Source: Trichoplax adhaerens
Lineage: Eukaryota; Animalia; Placozoa
Length of the DNA stretch: 26,492 bases
Direction of reading: 5' to 3'
Assembly: GCF_000150275.1 (NCBI RefSeq)
Contig: NW_002060963.1
Location: forward strand, 493,892-520,383
In this document: in pieces, positions 13,601 to 25,458 of the stretch
Numbering within the stretch: position 1 is the stretch's first letter
Layout of the letters: every line of letters begins with the position of its first letter
Made by a program: the position numbers and the translations under genes
The notes under the pieces: model-generated
What the model was told of the DNA's origin: nothing
The model's database searches: none
Seen by the model: the letters and a program-made list of their open reading frames with translations, nothing else

Positions 13601-14812
13601 CTGTTGAATTAGTAGTTTATCTTCAACTCATGTCATCATACGATCTGCGAATACTGCAGTTATGATTGATTTGTATAAGGTTCTCTTTCCATTGGTTCTT
13701 GTAGAACTACTTTTAACGTCAACATAAAGGTCTAGCCAGGTCTTCTATGTATAGTGTATTGTCTACAACTGAATCTGAACTACCATGTACTGTATACAGA
13801 ACCATGAGATAAGATGATTATCGTCTGCATTGATTGCATGATTGACTACTGTAAGAATCAGAATTTTCTGCTAAGTATGCAGTCATGAATATATGCTGTA
13901 CATACACTTGTAGTATGGTGAAATGATACCAAGACGGCAATGCTTACCTTTCCGATAAGTTATTTTTAAGTTGAAATTTCTGTTGATATCGTAATAATTT
14001 ATCGTTGAAGCTGTTGAGTAATCATTTTAAAAATAGAAAAATACCATTAGTGGCCAAAAAGCAAGATGATTATGACAAGAATATTGAGATCTAGTAACTG
14101 TAAATTGAGCAAGTCATGGGCGATGATACAACAAGAAGAACAATTGGACGGAAAATGTGTAAATAGATAAGAGTGTACGCATTGCATTCCCCTGGAAAGT
14201 GATCTTTTATTCAGATATGATTGATTGTACTACATTGACTCAATCCGATGGGAAGGCAACATTATCCTGTCTGTCGAGTAGACCGGTTGTTGCTTCTATC
14301 AACGAGTAGTGTATTTTTCTCATTCTCTTCTGATGCAAATAGCACTCATAAGCAAGCGATGCCTTCCTTTTTGGGTTGGAAAGCAGTCGATTACAATATT
14401 GATTGCTGATATGATGGCGTTGAAAATAATAATTCAACAACATCAGCCTTGCTTATATTGCAAATTAGCTTCATTTCAATGCTATCGGTCATGGCCTAAG
14501 TATCACTTTGTGAAAAGGACGTTGTATGTATGTTGGAGAATGCAATGGATACAATCATGAATCGACTATTGAATTTACAGCAGTTACATAACAAACAAAC
14601 GATGAAAAACATTTTTTTTCCTTTCCTGGCACTTTAGAGGATAATTCTACAGTAGACTTTGGTGGCATCGATCGTCGACTAGCTTACCTCTCACTCGTTT
14701 GATCTGGACCAGTATAGCGAGAGCAATGAGTACAGATAAATCTCTCCCTCATTCTAAAGCATACTGGACATGTTAAGTGGGATTGTATCGATATTGAATG
14801 TTGTTGCTCCAT
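10678..14812 (-). CDS. ATG14: ATG14 / Barkor (Beclin 1-associated autophagy regulator, PI3KC3 complex I subunit), 11 exons, ~483 aa
   Basis: Minus-strand exons: 14812-14688, 14010-13948, 13175-13133, 12948-12867, 12721-12612, 12454-12049, 11795-11666, 11521-11431, 11296-11211, 11115-10958, 10835-10678 (1452 nt, all GT-AG, phases consistent). Product has the N-terminal cysteine repeat CPVC-x8-CTHC and a long coiled coil ending DLFPI. Segments resembling human ATG14 (from memory): [15 protein letters not shown] (LAEARRTTYLSGRWV), [13 protein letters not shown] (LPNNGDYSAYYSW), [31 protein letters not shown]. It ends in a BATS-like amphipathic helix [16 protein letters not shown]. There is an in-frame TGA 15 nt upstream of the ATG and three tandem TAA codons at the end. 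Confidence 0.93.
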
Positions 14813-15077
14813 CTTGTCGGGGCCAATTCATTCTTTTGTTATTGTTGATGATGATGGAAGGTTATTTTCCAGCCATCTTTATGATGATGTGGAGAGTGAT
14901 GACGCAATGGAAGGTTGACGCCACTCTCTGACGCTGCTGTATGGTTTACTACTTGCCGGTTGAGTCAAATCCAATTGATCGCTTGCTTGCAACCGATCCT
15001 AGTGTCAAGTCTCTCTGCTCTAGTACTAAAACAGTCTCGTCACTGATACACTTGTATCCTCGGTAGACAAGCGTGTT

Positions 15078-15460
15078 GACCGGCGATGATCAAGGATGGA
15101 TGGATGGATGGAAACAACTTGGACAGTGTACAGTAGACTCTAGACTCTATAGAGAGTCTCTAGTGTACACTGTACAGTACAGTGTAGATTCTAGTGACTA
15201 TAGCGGTGATCAAGGATGGACGGATGGAAACAATGGCCGTAGAAAGTACTGTAGATAGTGTACTGTACTGTACAGGACTGTTCGTGGGTGGATGGATGGA
15301 AATACTCATTAGCGGTGATCACTGGCCGTAAAAAGTACTGTAGATAGTGTACAGGACTGTACTGTACACTGCACACTACTGTTCGTGGATGGATGGATGG
15401 AAATACTGTAGTCCTGTCCGTAGACTGGACCGTACTAGTTGTATTGTACTGTACTGGAAA
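15078..15460. repeat. Imperfect ~110-bp tandem repeat with (GGAT)n microsatellites and TACTGTA/TACAGTA motifs
   Basis: Units start gcg(a/g)tgatca near 15083, 15203 and 15312. Shared blocks: tggccgta.aaagtactgtagatagtgtac and ctgttcgtgg.tggatggatggaaatact. Confidence 0.85.
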
Positions 15461-15721
15461 CTGGCGTCTGATCTTACAGAGGGACGGACGGAAAATGGTC
15501 AATGACTATCATCGTCTCGTCGACGATGGAAATGACCCGTCGGGTAGATTGATTTCATCTAGGGTGACCTCTCTTCCATACAGAGTGGCCATTCTTGCCA
15601 ACGCACTTGGCAGCTGATTTTCAGCGTTATTGCAAACTGTAAGAGTTTTAAACAGTGTTGCTTGCTGTCTCTTGCCTCTTCCTTCTTTCTTTTTTGGCTA
15701 GCCAGATCGATTTTGCTGGTC

Positions 15722-15928
15722 GCACGATGTTGGATTGCATGCTATACCACTCTACTGTACCATATTGTACCAGTGACGAGTGGTTTCTGACCCCAGGCAT
15801 TTGGAATTGCAGGATCATGACTGGCACGATGTTGGATTGCATGCAACAATACTCTACTGTACCATACTGTACCAGTGACGAGCGGTTTCTGACGCAAAGC
15901 ATTTGGAATTGCAGGATCATGACTGGCA
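15722..15928. repeat. 102-bp direct tandem repeat, 2 copies
   Basis: gcacgatgttggattgcatgc...gcatttggaattgcaggatcatgactg starts at 15722 and 15824 with a few substitutions. The period is a multiple of 3, which explains the internally repeated short ORFs in the ORF track. Confidence 0.95.
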
Positions 15929-16332
15929 ACCACCAATCTCCACCGTCCACAGTCTACAGTCACAGTCCTGGCAGGTGCTTACAGTACAAAGTACACTACT
16001 CCCGATGCAGTGCGCCTCATTGCAGTCCACTGCGGGAAAATAGTTTCTTCCTCTTACAAACATGACTACGATACACTATTGTATCGAACACTAGCCTGTT
16101 TAAAATGCTCGCTGGGCAGAAAACCGCTCTCGTGCAGTCAGTGAAGCGTGCGCATTGACGACGTCGATGGACTGTATCAAACACTGCCTGCAGTCTATAG
16201 TATACAACAGGGTAGTTGGTGCATCCATCAGCGACACTCTTCTTGCCCCAGTCTTGACAGCAAGTCTTGAAAGATCTTTGCAGCCATTTTCTTTCTCGCT
16301 CATTTCAACATTGATTGCTGATATTGCTCGTC

Positions 16333-19300
16333 ATGGCGTCTAAACGAGGAGCAGCGACCGAAATGGATGATGACCAGACTGAATTTGAAACCAGTAAAGG
16401 TGTTAAAGTCATTCGTAGTTTTGATCAAATGGGTCTAAAGGAAGATCTCGTTCGAGGCATTTATGCTTACGGTAAGCGAGCAACAGCAGCACCAATGCAA
16501 AATTGCAGTCAAGAATCTCCTCTTTCCCATATTCAATAGCGATCTACACCAACGAAGATCTTTCTGCTTTCTTCATGCCTTCTTGCTGCCTTCTTCATAC
16601 ATTCTTCATGCTTTGTCACCCCTTTTTTGGTGCCCAACCGTAGTGTCTATTCTTTTTACTTTGTTGATCCATTCGTTGGTCAGCCAACACCAAGACAAGG
16701 CTGCAGTCAATGATAGCCAATCTCCTCTTTCTCCCATATTCAGTAGTGATCTACACCAACTAAGATCTTCCTGCCTTTTTCCTGCCTTCTTCATGCCTTC
16801 TTCATCCCTTCTTCATGCCTTCTTCATGCCTTCTTCATGCCTTCTTCATACCGTCTTCATGCTTTGTCACCCCTTTTTTAGTACCCAACTGTAGTGATTG
16901 TATCCATTCTTTTTACCCTGTTGATCCAATTAGTGGGTAAGCCAGCATCAATACAAGACTGCAGTCAAGAATCGCTAATCTCATTTTTCCCATATTCAAT
17001 AGCGATCGACACCAACTCAAATCTTCATGCCTTCTTCATGCCTTCTTCATACCTTCTTCATGCTTTGTCACCCCTTTTTTACTACCCAACCGTAGTGATT
17101 GTGTCCATTCTTTTTACCCTGTTGATCCAGTAGTGGGTAAGCGAGCACCAATACGAGACTGCAGTCAAGAATAGCCAATCTCATTTTTCCCATATTCAAT
17201 AGCGATCGACACCAACTCAAATCTTCATGCCTTCTTCAGGCATTCTTCATGCTTTGTCACCCCTTTTTTGGTACCCAACTGGAAAGATCATGTCGATTCC
17301 TGTTACCCTGTTGATCCAGTGGTTTGCAAGCCAAACAGGATACAAGAATTGTCTACGGTACAAGGTGGAGGAAAAAGTCATTTTTGGAATGACTCATTTT
17401 GGACCATGAAATTGAAATTGTCATTCGGTCAATGTCTGTAAAGTATTGCGATCAAACCCTTGAAAGCATTGGGGATAGGATATTCAATCGCCACATACAG
17501 CAACTAAAATCGCAATCCCTTTGGCATGCTTTGTCAGCTCTTGTTTGTACCCAACCGTAGTGATCGTATCGATTCCTTTTACCCTGTTGATCTCGTTGCT
17601 GCTATATAGCGAGCAACAGCACCATCAATGCAAGACTCCAGTCAAAGAATAGCCAATCTCATTTTTCAGATAGCCTATTCAATAACGATACCAACCAATA
17701 TCGTAATCTCTTCTTCACGCTTTGCCAGCCCCTTTTTTTAGCCAAGCGTAGTCATCGTATCGATTCCTTTTACCCTATTGATCCAGTAGTTTGCAAGCGA
17801 ATTGACTAATTGTGTACGGTACAAGTTGGAGGAAAAAGTCACATTTGAATGGCTCATTTTGGACCATGAATTGGAAATACATAGTCATTCCGTTAATGTC
17901 TGTAAAGTGTTAAGATCAAACCCTTGAGACTAGTCAATATGAATTTATACCTTTGGCATCCAATGATGGAATAGCGATCATTGTTGGACGTTGTACCATA
18001 TCCCTGTATTCTTTTCCATGACATCATAGCAACATTTCCTTGATATAGTTTCTCTTCTAGTAGACTCAATCCCAAAATCGACTTACTGTGAAGAAAAATA
18101 TGGGCACATATCCCTTACTTGACACTGGAAATTAGAAAGAGCAGAATGAGTCTTGTTTTGTATTATACTTTCATCTTTGGAATCGTTTTCAATTAGGTCT
18201 TTTCTATCTTGTTAGGCTTTGAAAAACCTTCCGCTATCCAACAAAGATCAATTAAGCCTATTATAGAAGGCCGCGACGTGATTGCTCAGTAAGTAACCCT
18301 TTCTCTACTACATTGGCTATAGCTTATCTTTCAGATTTAGAAATCCAAACGTCTAAGCCAACAAAATAGGAATCAATGATTATCCTGATAGATATAAATT
18401 ATCGATGATAAATTCACTGTCAATGTTATTTTTAAATAGAGCTCAATCCGGAACAGGCAAGACTGCCACATTCTCAATCTCTGTCCTACAAGCGATTGAT
18501 ACTCAGGTTTGGATGAGTTATTCAATTTTGAGGTTTCTTTTTCGCACACGTACACTATCAAAATTAAATTACAATCCAATGAATCCTCTCTTTCTTTGCA
18601 GTTAAGAGAAACACAAGCTTTAATCATGTCACCTACTCGTGAATTAGCTGTCCAAATACAGAAAGTAAGTCAAGATTGACAGTAAATATGGATATATTCC
18701 ATCTTGTTTGACCGCACTACCGTTCTATAGGTAATACTGGCATTGGGCGATTATATGAATGTACAATGTCATGCTTGCATCGGAGGCACTAATGTTGGTG
18801 AAGATATCAGAAAGTTGGACTATGGTCAACATATAGTATCAGGATCTCCAGGAAGAGTATTTGGTGTGTAGGCTGTTTCGATAGCATAACACAGTATCCT
18901 GCTTTCGCTGCTATAAATCGACGATTGAAATGATTGCATGAAACAATCCATTGCTTATCTAACACACGATTACTTGATTAATTTATTAGATATGATTCGC
19001 CGAAGAAATTTGCGTACTCGATCCATCAAGATGTTAGTTTTAGATGAAGCTGACGAAATGCTTAACCAAGGCTTTAAAGAGCAAATCTATGATGTATATC
19101 GTTACTTGCCTCCCTCAACTCAAGTAAGCAACTTATTATTATCAAGCCAATCAATCGGATAACCGGAAAATACGAAATATACTTATTCATTATTCTCCAT
19201 ACTATCTTTAGGTGGTTCTCCTGAGTGCTACTCTTCCACACGATATTCTAGAAATGACTCGTAAATTTATGACAGAGCCTATGCGTATTCTAGTCAAGCG

Positions 19301-20372
19301 GTCAGTTTTCAATTTTGACACCAAGTTGAAGTAGTGCACTACAACATCAATTTTTACTTTAGACTGTAACGATCATTCATTAGTAGTGTTGTCAATCCAT
19401 TGAATGCTCCTGCTACGCCACCATTAAAATAATTGAATGATCTTGTCTTATTCGTACATGTTATAGTGATGAATTGACATTAGAGGGGATAAAACAATTT
19501 TTCGTTGCTGTTGAACGCGAAGAATGGAAATTTGATACACTCTGCGATTTATACGATACTTTGACAATTACACAAGCAGTTATTTTCTGCAATACAAAGA
19601 GAAAGGTAAAGTAAACGATAGTAAATCAATGGCTAGCACGACTTGTAATTTGTTACTTGAAATAATAACCAATTAGCCATATTATAGTAACAGCTATAAA
19701 TTATAAATGATAGGTTGACTGGCTAACGGAGAAAATGCGCGAAGCTAATTTTACAGTTTCATCTATGCATGGCGATATGCCACAAAAAGAAAGAGATGCA
19801 ATCATGAAAGAGTTTAGATCCGGTGCTAGGTTAATACAATAATCATGACCTTACTCGATAGGATAGCTTGTTTTATGGTGAATAATGAATATGCTGTGTC
19901 TATGATTATAACTATAGCCGGGTACTTATTACCACTGATGTCTGGGCCAGGGGAATCGACGTTCAGCAGGTGTCTCTGGTCATCAATTATGATCTACCCA
20001 ATAACCGTGAATTGTATATCCATCGGTATGTGCATCAATGTTCATGATTGCTATTCAATTCAAATATATTCACAATGTACTCAGCAAGATTAACAATTTT
20101 TCTTTCAGAATCGGTCGTTCAGGTCGTTATGGCCGTAAAGGTGTGGCTATTAACTTTGTTAAGAGTGACGATATCAGAATCCTTCGTGACATCGAACAGT
20201 ATTACAGTACTCAAATCGATGAAATGCCCATGAACGGTTCGTATTGGATTCATTCTACACTTCATGTTCATACATTGAACTCCATTAGCTATTACAGTTC
20301 TGCTATACCAAATAACTTTTATAACCCTCGCCTCTATTTTTATTTTCTTTTACAGTTTCCGATCTTATATAA
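16333..20372 (+). CDS. EIF4A3: Eukaryotic initiation factor 4A-III (DEAD-box helicase DDX48, exon junction complex core), 12 exons, 401 aa
   Basis: Exons: 16333-16471, 18216-18288, 18440-18506, 18602-18664, 18731-18863, 18990-19123, 19212-19300, 19467-19605, 19714-19829, 19918-20025, 20109-20236, 20356-20372 (1206 nt). Motifs: Q motif [49 protein letters not shown]. 4A-III-specific residues: [54 protein letters not shown] at ~20630. Confidence 0.98.
16472..17930 (+). repeat. Compound tandem-repeat array filling eIF4A3 intron 1 (~190-260-bp units with an internal 11-bp CTTCTTCATGC minisatellite, plus a duplicated ~115-bp second element)
   Basis: Units start at 16472, 16679, 16937, 17137, 17326 (divergent), ~17605 and 17793. 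They share g(t/c)aagc..gca.caat.caagactgcagtcaagaat...cccatattcaatagcgatc.acaccaac...gctttgtcacccctttttt..tacccaaccgtagtgat...ttctttttaccctgttgatcc. The second element tacggtacaag.tggaggaaaaagtca...gatcaaacccttga occurs at ~17352-17464 and ~17813-17927. Confidence 0.92.
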
Positions 20373-21351
20373 AACTATTCAGTATCCTAAAATACTCCAC
20401 AGAAGAAATCCCGCGAAATACTGAAACTATCATTGTTATAATTTTAATATCTTATGTACTTTGTTTTTGTAGCATACATTTCGCCTTCGTTAATCTTTTA
20501 TGTTATTATATAATTAATAAGTAAACCTAATATACAGTATCCAATACTTGTTACGAGTATTTGTTTTATGCATAATAACTGTTTAGTCGTTATTTCGACT
20601 GTATGTTTTGTAGTTGTTAATTGAACGAAAATAAATACCAAATGCCTTATTAGATGACTAATCCTCAGACTTGATGCACTCCTTTGCTAACTACGAGTAT
20701 CAAATATATTTTTTTCTTCGTATCGCAAACAGTGCGTTCTTTCTACACATTCATGGTATGAACCTACGGCAGATCTCTGTTACTGTATAGCGTTAGCTAC
20801 AATTTTAAATTTAAATTCGTCATGTTGCTCAGCATTAAATATCAAGATCAAAAATTGAACTTATGCAGTTTACAATTCCAATTTTACTATTTAATTGAGA
20901 TACCATTAAGCTTTGAATTAGGACTAGTGAATTTTATCATTAGAATAATAGCTAATAGTTAGGTTATGCATTGATGGACCCATTCTGTATTTAGGTTTAC
21001 TTGATCTTTTTCTACGCGAATTTAAAAATCAATTATAGGAACTCGACCGGTGTAAGAGAATATATCATAAATTTAATCCTTGCTAAACTGCTAATACTCT
21101 AATGATTAAGTTATTACCAAACATTATTTGCAACCATAGCTGACTTACTTATTTACCATGCTAGTAAATTAAATTCTAGTAAAGCAAGTAGACACTAGAC
21201 AGTATTATTTCTTCTAACATATTTAGTACGGGATGGCTCATTCAAAAAGCGATCCATTTAAGATGTATTTACTATTAGAAAACATTCATATTATACTTTG
21301 AGTATATAGGATTTCAACTCTCAAACACCATACAGCATTAAAATACTAGTT

Positions 21352-23892
21352 TCATCCGCGATGATCGCCAAATTTTAAGTGAAACTTTCTTTGCAGGAAG
21401 AAAAATGTGCCAAGCAGAATAATGATGACAATCAGACTAATTCCACCAGTAATAAAAGCAATTACTATTGTTGGAACTAGAAGAATGGTAGTATGAAATA
21501 TAATGTTTAAAAAATATTTCAAGTCCACTCGCTAGTCATAGAGATTATTAATAATGATAACATAGCACTGTACTAAAATTAGATCATGCTGCATACGCGT
21601 AGAAGCGAGTAATTTTACACAAATTTGTGATCGTATATCATAACCATATTGATTAGTGCCGGTAGCTAAACAGTAAGTAAAAATATCTTTCGACAATATA
21701 CTTACAAGGAGCATTAACATATTTATGCCTATCAGTTTCCCCGGTTCTGCTGTTATAAGATAATTATAGAATTAATTATGTTACATTGTTACGAAAAAAC
21801 TTTGTGAGGTGTACATTGTAGATTATTTTCATTTTGCGTTAATATATATGTTGACATATACATTTTTGCCAGCAATGGTTAAGGATTGATACGTAAGCAA
21901 TCCTTAATTTAGTTCAATCAGTTATTACTACCTAAACTTATATAGAAGGCACGTCTCACCGACAACAAAGTATGGTAGATTAAGATTATCTAGCTAGATT
22001 GAAAGCGTCATCGAGCTTAATATAATTATATCTCTGTCGGAATATCAACTGATTTTTAATCCAATTTAAAGTGACTTAAATATGCGAAGTTACACTTTCG
22101 ACTTTTGTTGCAACTAAAAATACTCCAGGCTCATAACATACTTGAATTGCCTTAATGTTTGATACACAGAATAAAGAAGTTTATGTACAGTATAATTATG
22201 GTTGATAATTAACTTTAGTTATAATTGCGCGATATCATCATGTGCAGTTTAATGTTCTGATTTTTGTTTACTATTAATAATTATAATAAATAAAATTCAA
22301 TCTTGCAACGATTTAAATTTAATTAGGTAACTATAATAACAATGTTCAAGTTTAATCAGTTGAACACAGTCTTAGAAATCTGTACATTATATAATGGATT
22401 TAACTATAAGTAACGATCAATTCTTCCCTATTCTTACACATATATGTATCTGAACATATACTATAATTAGATATCGCAACATGTTCATTATTACTGACGC
22501 AACATTATCTATTTAGTCGCCGGCTATTGATATGTGAAATAATAATTAATTGCAAGGATTGAAAACGAATAGCCTAAACTAAGTGCATTTGGTGCAACAT
22601 TATAGATGAATTCAAAATTAATATTAGTAGCCAAGAACTAATAGAATCTAAATAGGAAATAAATTATATTATATACATTATTATAGTTCATTATTTTTAC
22701 CGAGTATATTCTATAAATTAGTAGCAATAGCATTAAATTTACCTGCAATATGCTACGTTGTTAGTCCAAATTTTGCAGGATGATCCATTGATTGGGCATC
22801 TTAAAGTACATGCTGTAGGGGTAAGGAATCAGAGTCAGACACAAAGGTCACACTGTTATAGTATATGGTTTGTACAGCTTGAAATGATCATTCAAAACAA
22901 TTGCACAGACTTACTCTAGAAAGTAATTAAATTTACATAGTTTAAAATTACTAATGTCATACACTGATCTATTTGTTATAAGTAATTCTATTAAAATTAC
23001 CTGAGCAATTGTTGCTGTAAAATCTCTGACCGGTTGTTTCTGCATCACATTTGCATACATGGGAACCTTCTTTATTAATGCACGTCTGATGTGGATAAGG
23101 GCAGTATAATTTAGGGTATTGGCATTCATCGATATCTAGAAGAATTGAAATCATGAATTTTCAATCACTTTCATGGATGCAAATGAGAATGTAGGGACTA
23201 ATCCATTAATAGATAGGTCAAAGTAGGCATTTGCCTTCAACTGTAACATACGACTATTCAAAATTTGCAGGATTTATCAAGTATAATACTAATTTAACAA
23301 AACTAAAAATATTTAAGTACCTACAAATTACAAAATGTAATGTGGCTACTTTAGAATTACTTCCTTCCATCGTAGAATTTTTATAAGTCATTTATAGCGA
23401 TCATATCAATAATAGTATTATAATGATATTATTAATCGTTGAAATATTAGCTGCACAAACGCTCGCTTATAATTTTTGTATAACACTAATACAGAGTAAG
23501 GTACAGAATTAAGGAAGACCGCGTAGAATTTTACGTATATCAAGATATAGAAATAAATAAAATAAATACTGATGATAGGTATGATGATTGCTTTAACTAT
23601 TCGTAGTCTAACTTTTTTTCTTAAAAACTAACATTATTTGATAGATAGTTTCATAAAATTCTATATATTATCGAGACTATTCATATATACAGAAGAGTTT
23701 ACTTGCAGCAAGCTTTTAAGGCAATCCATTAAACCATTTTACCTTCGCAGTAGCTTCCATTACCACTAAAGCCACGACCGCAGCGACAGTTATATCTTAG
23801 GGTGTCATTATAAACTTCAGTAACACAAATTGCATGGCGATGGCACACAAGTCCTTTATCAAGGCACTCTTTGTGCGTTTTAAGACTTAAAT
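21352..23892 (-). CDS. EGF / calcium-binding-EGF domain single-pass membrane protein (5' end unresolved)
   Basis: Minus-strand exons: 23892-23743 (EGF: ECLDKGLVCHRHAICVTE...NCRCGRGFSGNGSYCE), 23135-23001 (cbEGF: DIDECQYPKLYCPYPHQTCINKEGSHVCKC...NCS), 22812-22743 (ACTLRCPINGSSCKIWTNNVAYC), tentative 22460-22438, 21989-21932 and 21749-21706, and terminal 21476-21352 (FPTIVIAFITGGISLIVIIILLGTFFFL TM helix + QRKFHLKFGDHRG stop). The EGF exons are phase 1-1, as is typical. No start or signal-peptide exon could be assigned. Confidence 0.75.
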
Positions 23893-25458
23893 CTAAGCCA
23901 TAAAATAGGAAATCATAATTTATAAATCGCTTATAAAGGTCATTAGATTTACAATACTGAAGAATTTGTTTAATTAAAGGACGATAACTCTTAAATAATA
24001 CGTCTACTTAATCGTATTGATAATTTAGATTAATAAGGATTATATAATTAGCAGTTAAATAACAGCTAAAAGTCTCAATGCCTGATATGAGATTAGCTAT
24101 CAATTTCAAGGAATAGTTCTTGATAGAAATAGAATTATTTAAGGCTTAAGAAAACATGTAAATAAGAGATGATATGTAAAAGCACTCTAGTAATTCAGCA
24201 ATGGCTGAAACTTAATTGAGTTGTTAGGTTTATCGATAGAATTTTATCCGTATACGTCGGCAAAAAGCATGTGGAGATCACTTTGGTGTCTTAATTGAAT
24301 TAAGTTCAAAATTCTTCTAAAAATTTAATGTAATATTAGCAGCTTATTAGTATTATAAAGTTATTATCGCGTTTTACTTCATACCAGCATACATCAGCAA
24401 ATATCTAAATCTGCTGATCTATTTACGGTATTTGCTAATAGTTCATGTTAATCTGGCTAAAGTTCTGATTACATATTTGCGATTAAGTTCCTTATTAATT
24501 TATACTTTTTTTAAAGAGCTTTTTACGCGAGATCTCTGGTATGATCACACCTTAACAATGAAACGAGAAATGAGAAACTCTAGCTAACTCCAATTCTAAA
24601 CTAATTTACTAGCATGTAGATATGCAGTATATGTGTACAGTATAGATCTAATGCAGTTTCTATACAGTAACGAATCGATATGTGACTTACTACATCAAGT
24701 TGAGTAATTAACTTCTGGCAATATCGACGGCAACAACGATCAGCTCAGTAATACTTTTACATATCAGCTTCAGTATTTGATAATTATTACAAAATCGTAA
24801 CAATCAAGTTAATGGTGACATTAAGGTAATATGAAGTTAAATATAAGTACCGTAGTTTAAGGTTGAAAGAGAGATTTACTACTGTAATCGCATTTAATAT
24901 ACGTATAGTTTTTATATGCGCATATGTTACTGTATACTTTCTCGAAGGGTCTATGTGGACGTAGATTTTTAGACCTAGAGGTCTATGGTTTAGATTACTG
25001 CGTATTGCTAGTAAAAAATAATCAGCAAGGATAAAGTTTACATTGTAGAAAGGCAAGATAAGATAACCTAGATGAATTATCTATCAAGAAATTTCTACTA
25101 AAATTTACTAAATTCTTATTGGATCAAGAAATGGTATTCTCAGTGGTATCTTAATTAGAACAGTAGATGTAAAGATACAATATAATATGGTTGAAATAAT
25201 TAAACATCGTTATTATTTTCTTGATTTATTTGGCAGTTATTAAGAATTAGCATAAGAAAGAAGACGATATGAAATGTTACTGTCGAATATTATGTACATA
25301 AATTATTACATACTCTAAATTATAATAGTCGCTTATCATAATTTTACTATTTATAGCATGACATATCAATTGCTGTGTAGTCTACTTATGTTCTGTTTCA
25401 TTGTACCGAAGACAATTATAGAATCATATGTTGTCTCTGTACCATATGCGATGCGCGT

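Larger units (their letters stand above)
14813..16332. promoter_or_regulatory. Divergent (bidirectional) promoter / 5'UTR region between ATG14 and eIF4A3
   Basis: Start codons face outwards at 14812 (-) and 16333 (+). The spacer is more GC-rich than the introns and packed with repeats and palindromes. Transcription start sites cannot be located from sequence. Confidence 0.65.

Noticed and set aside
15073-16343. Cluster of 60-136 aa ORFs on both strands in the ATG14-eIF4A3 spacer (and their copies at 25560-26255)
   Set aside because: They overlap in several frames, show no recognisable domain, and are explained by higher GC content and tandem repeats (102-bp period).
16463-17409. Hydrophobic ORFs (LHAFFMPSS repeats) in eIF4A3 intron 1
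   Set aside because: Translation by-products of the 11-bp CTTCTTCATGC minisatellite within the repeat array.
15722-17800. CRISPR-like repeat/spacer interpretation of the tandem arrays
   Set aside because: Eukaryotic context, whole units are homologous with no unique spacers, and there are no cas genes.
19324-19445. Hairpins in eIF4A3 intron 7 (GTAGTGCACTAC palindrome; GATCATTCA...TGAATGATC) as an H/ACA snoRNA
   Set aside because: No properly placed ANANNA hinge or terminal ACA box; the stems are short enough to be chance. A covariance-model search would settle it.
21532-21720. 62-aa minus-strand ORF as an exon of the EGF gene
   Set aside because: It would need a 40-nt intron; splicing 21706 directly to 21476 gives a clean TM exon.
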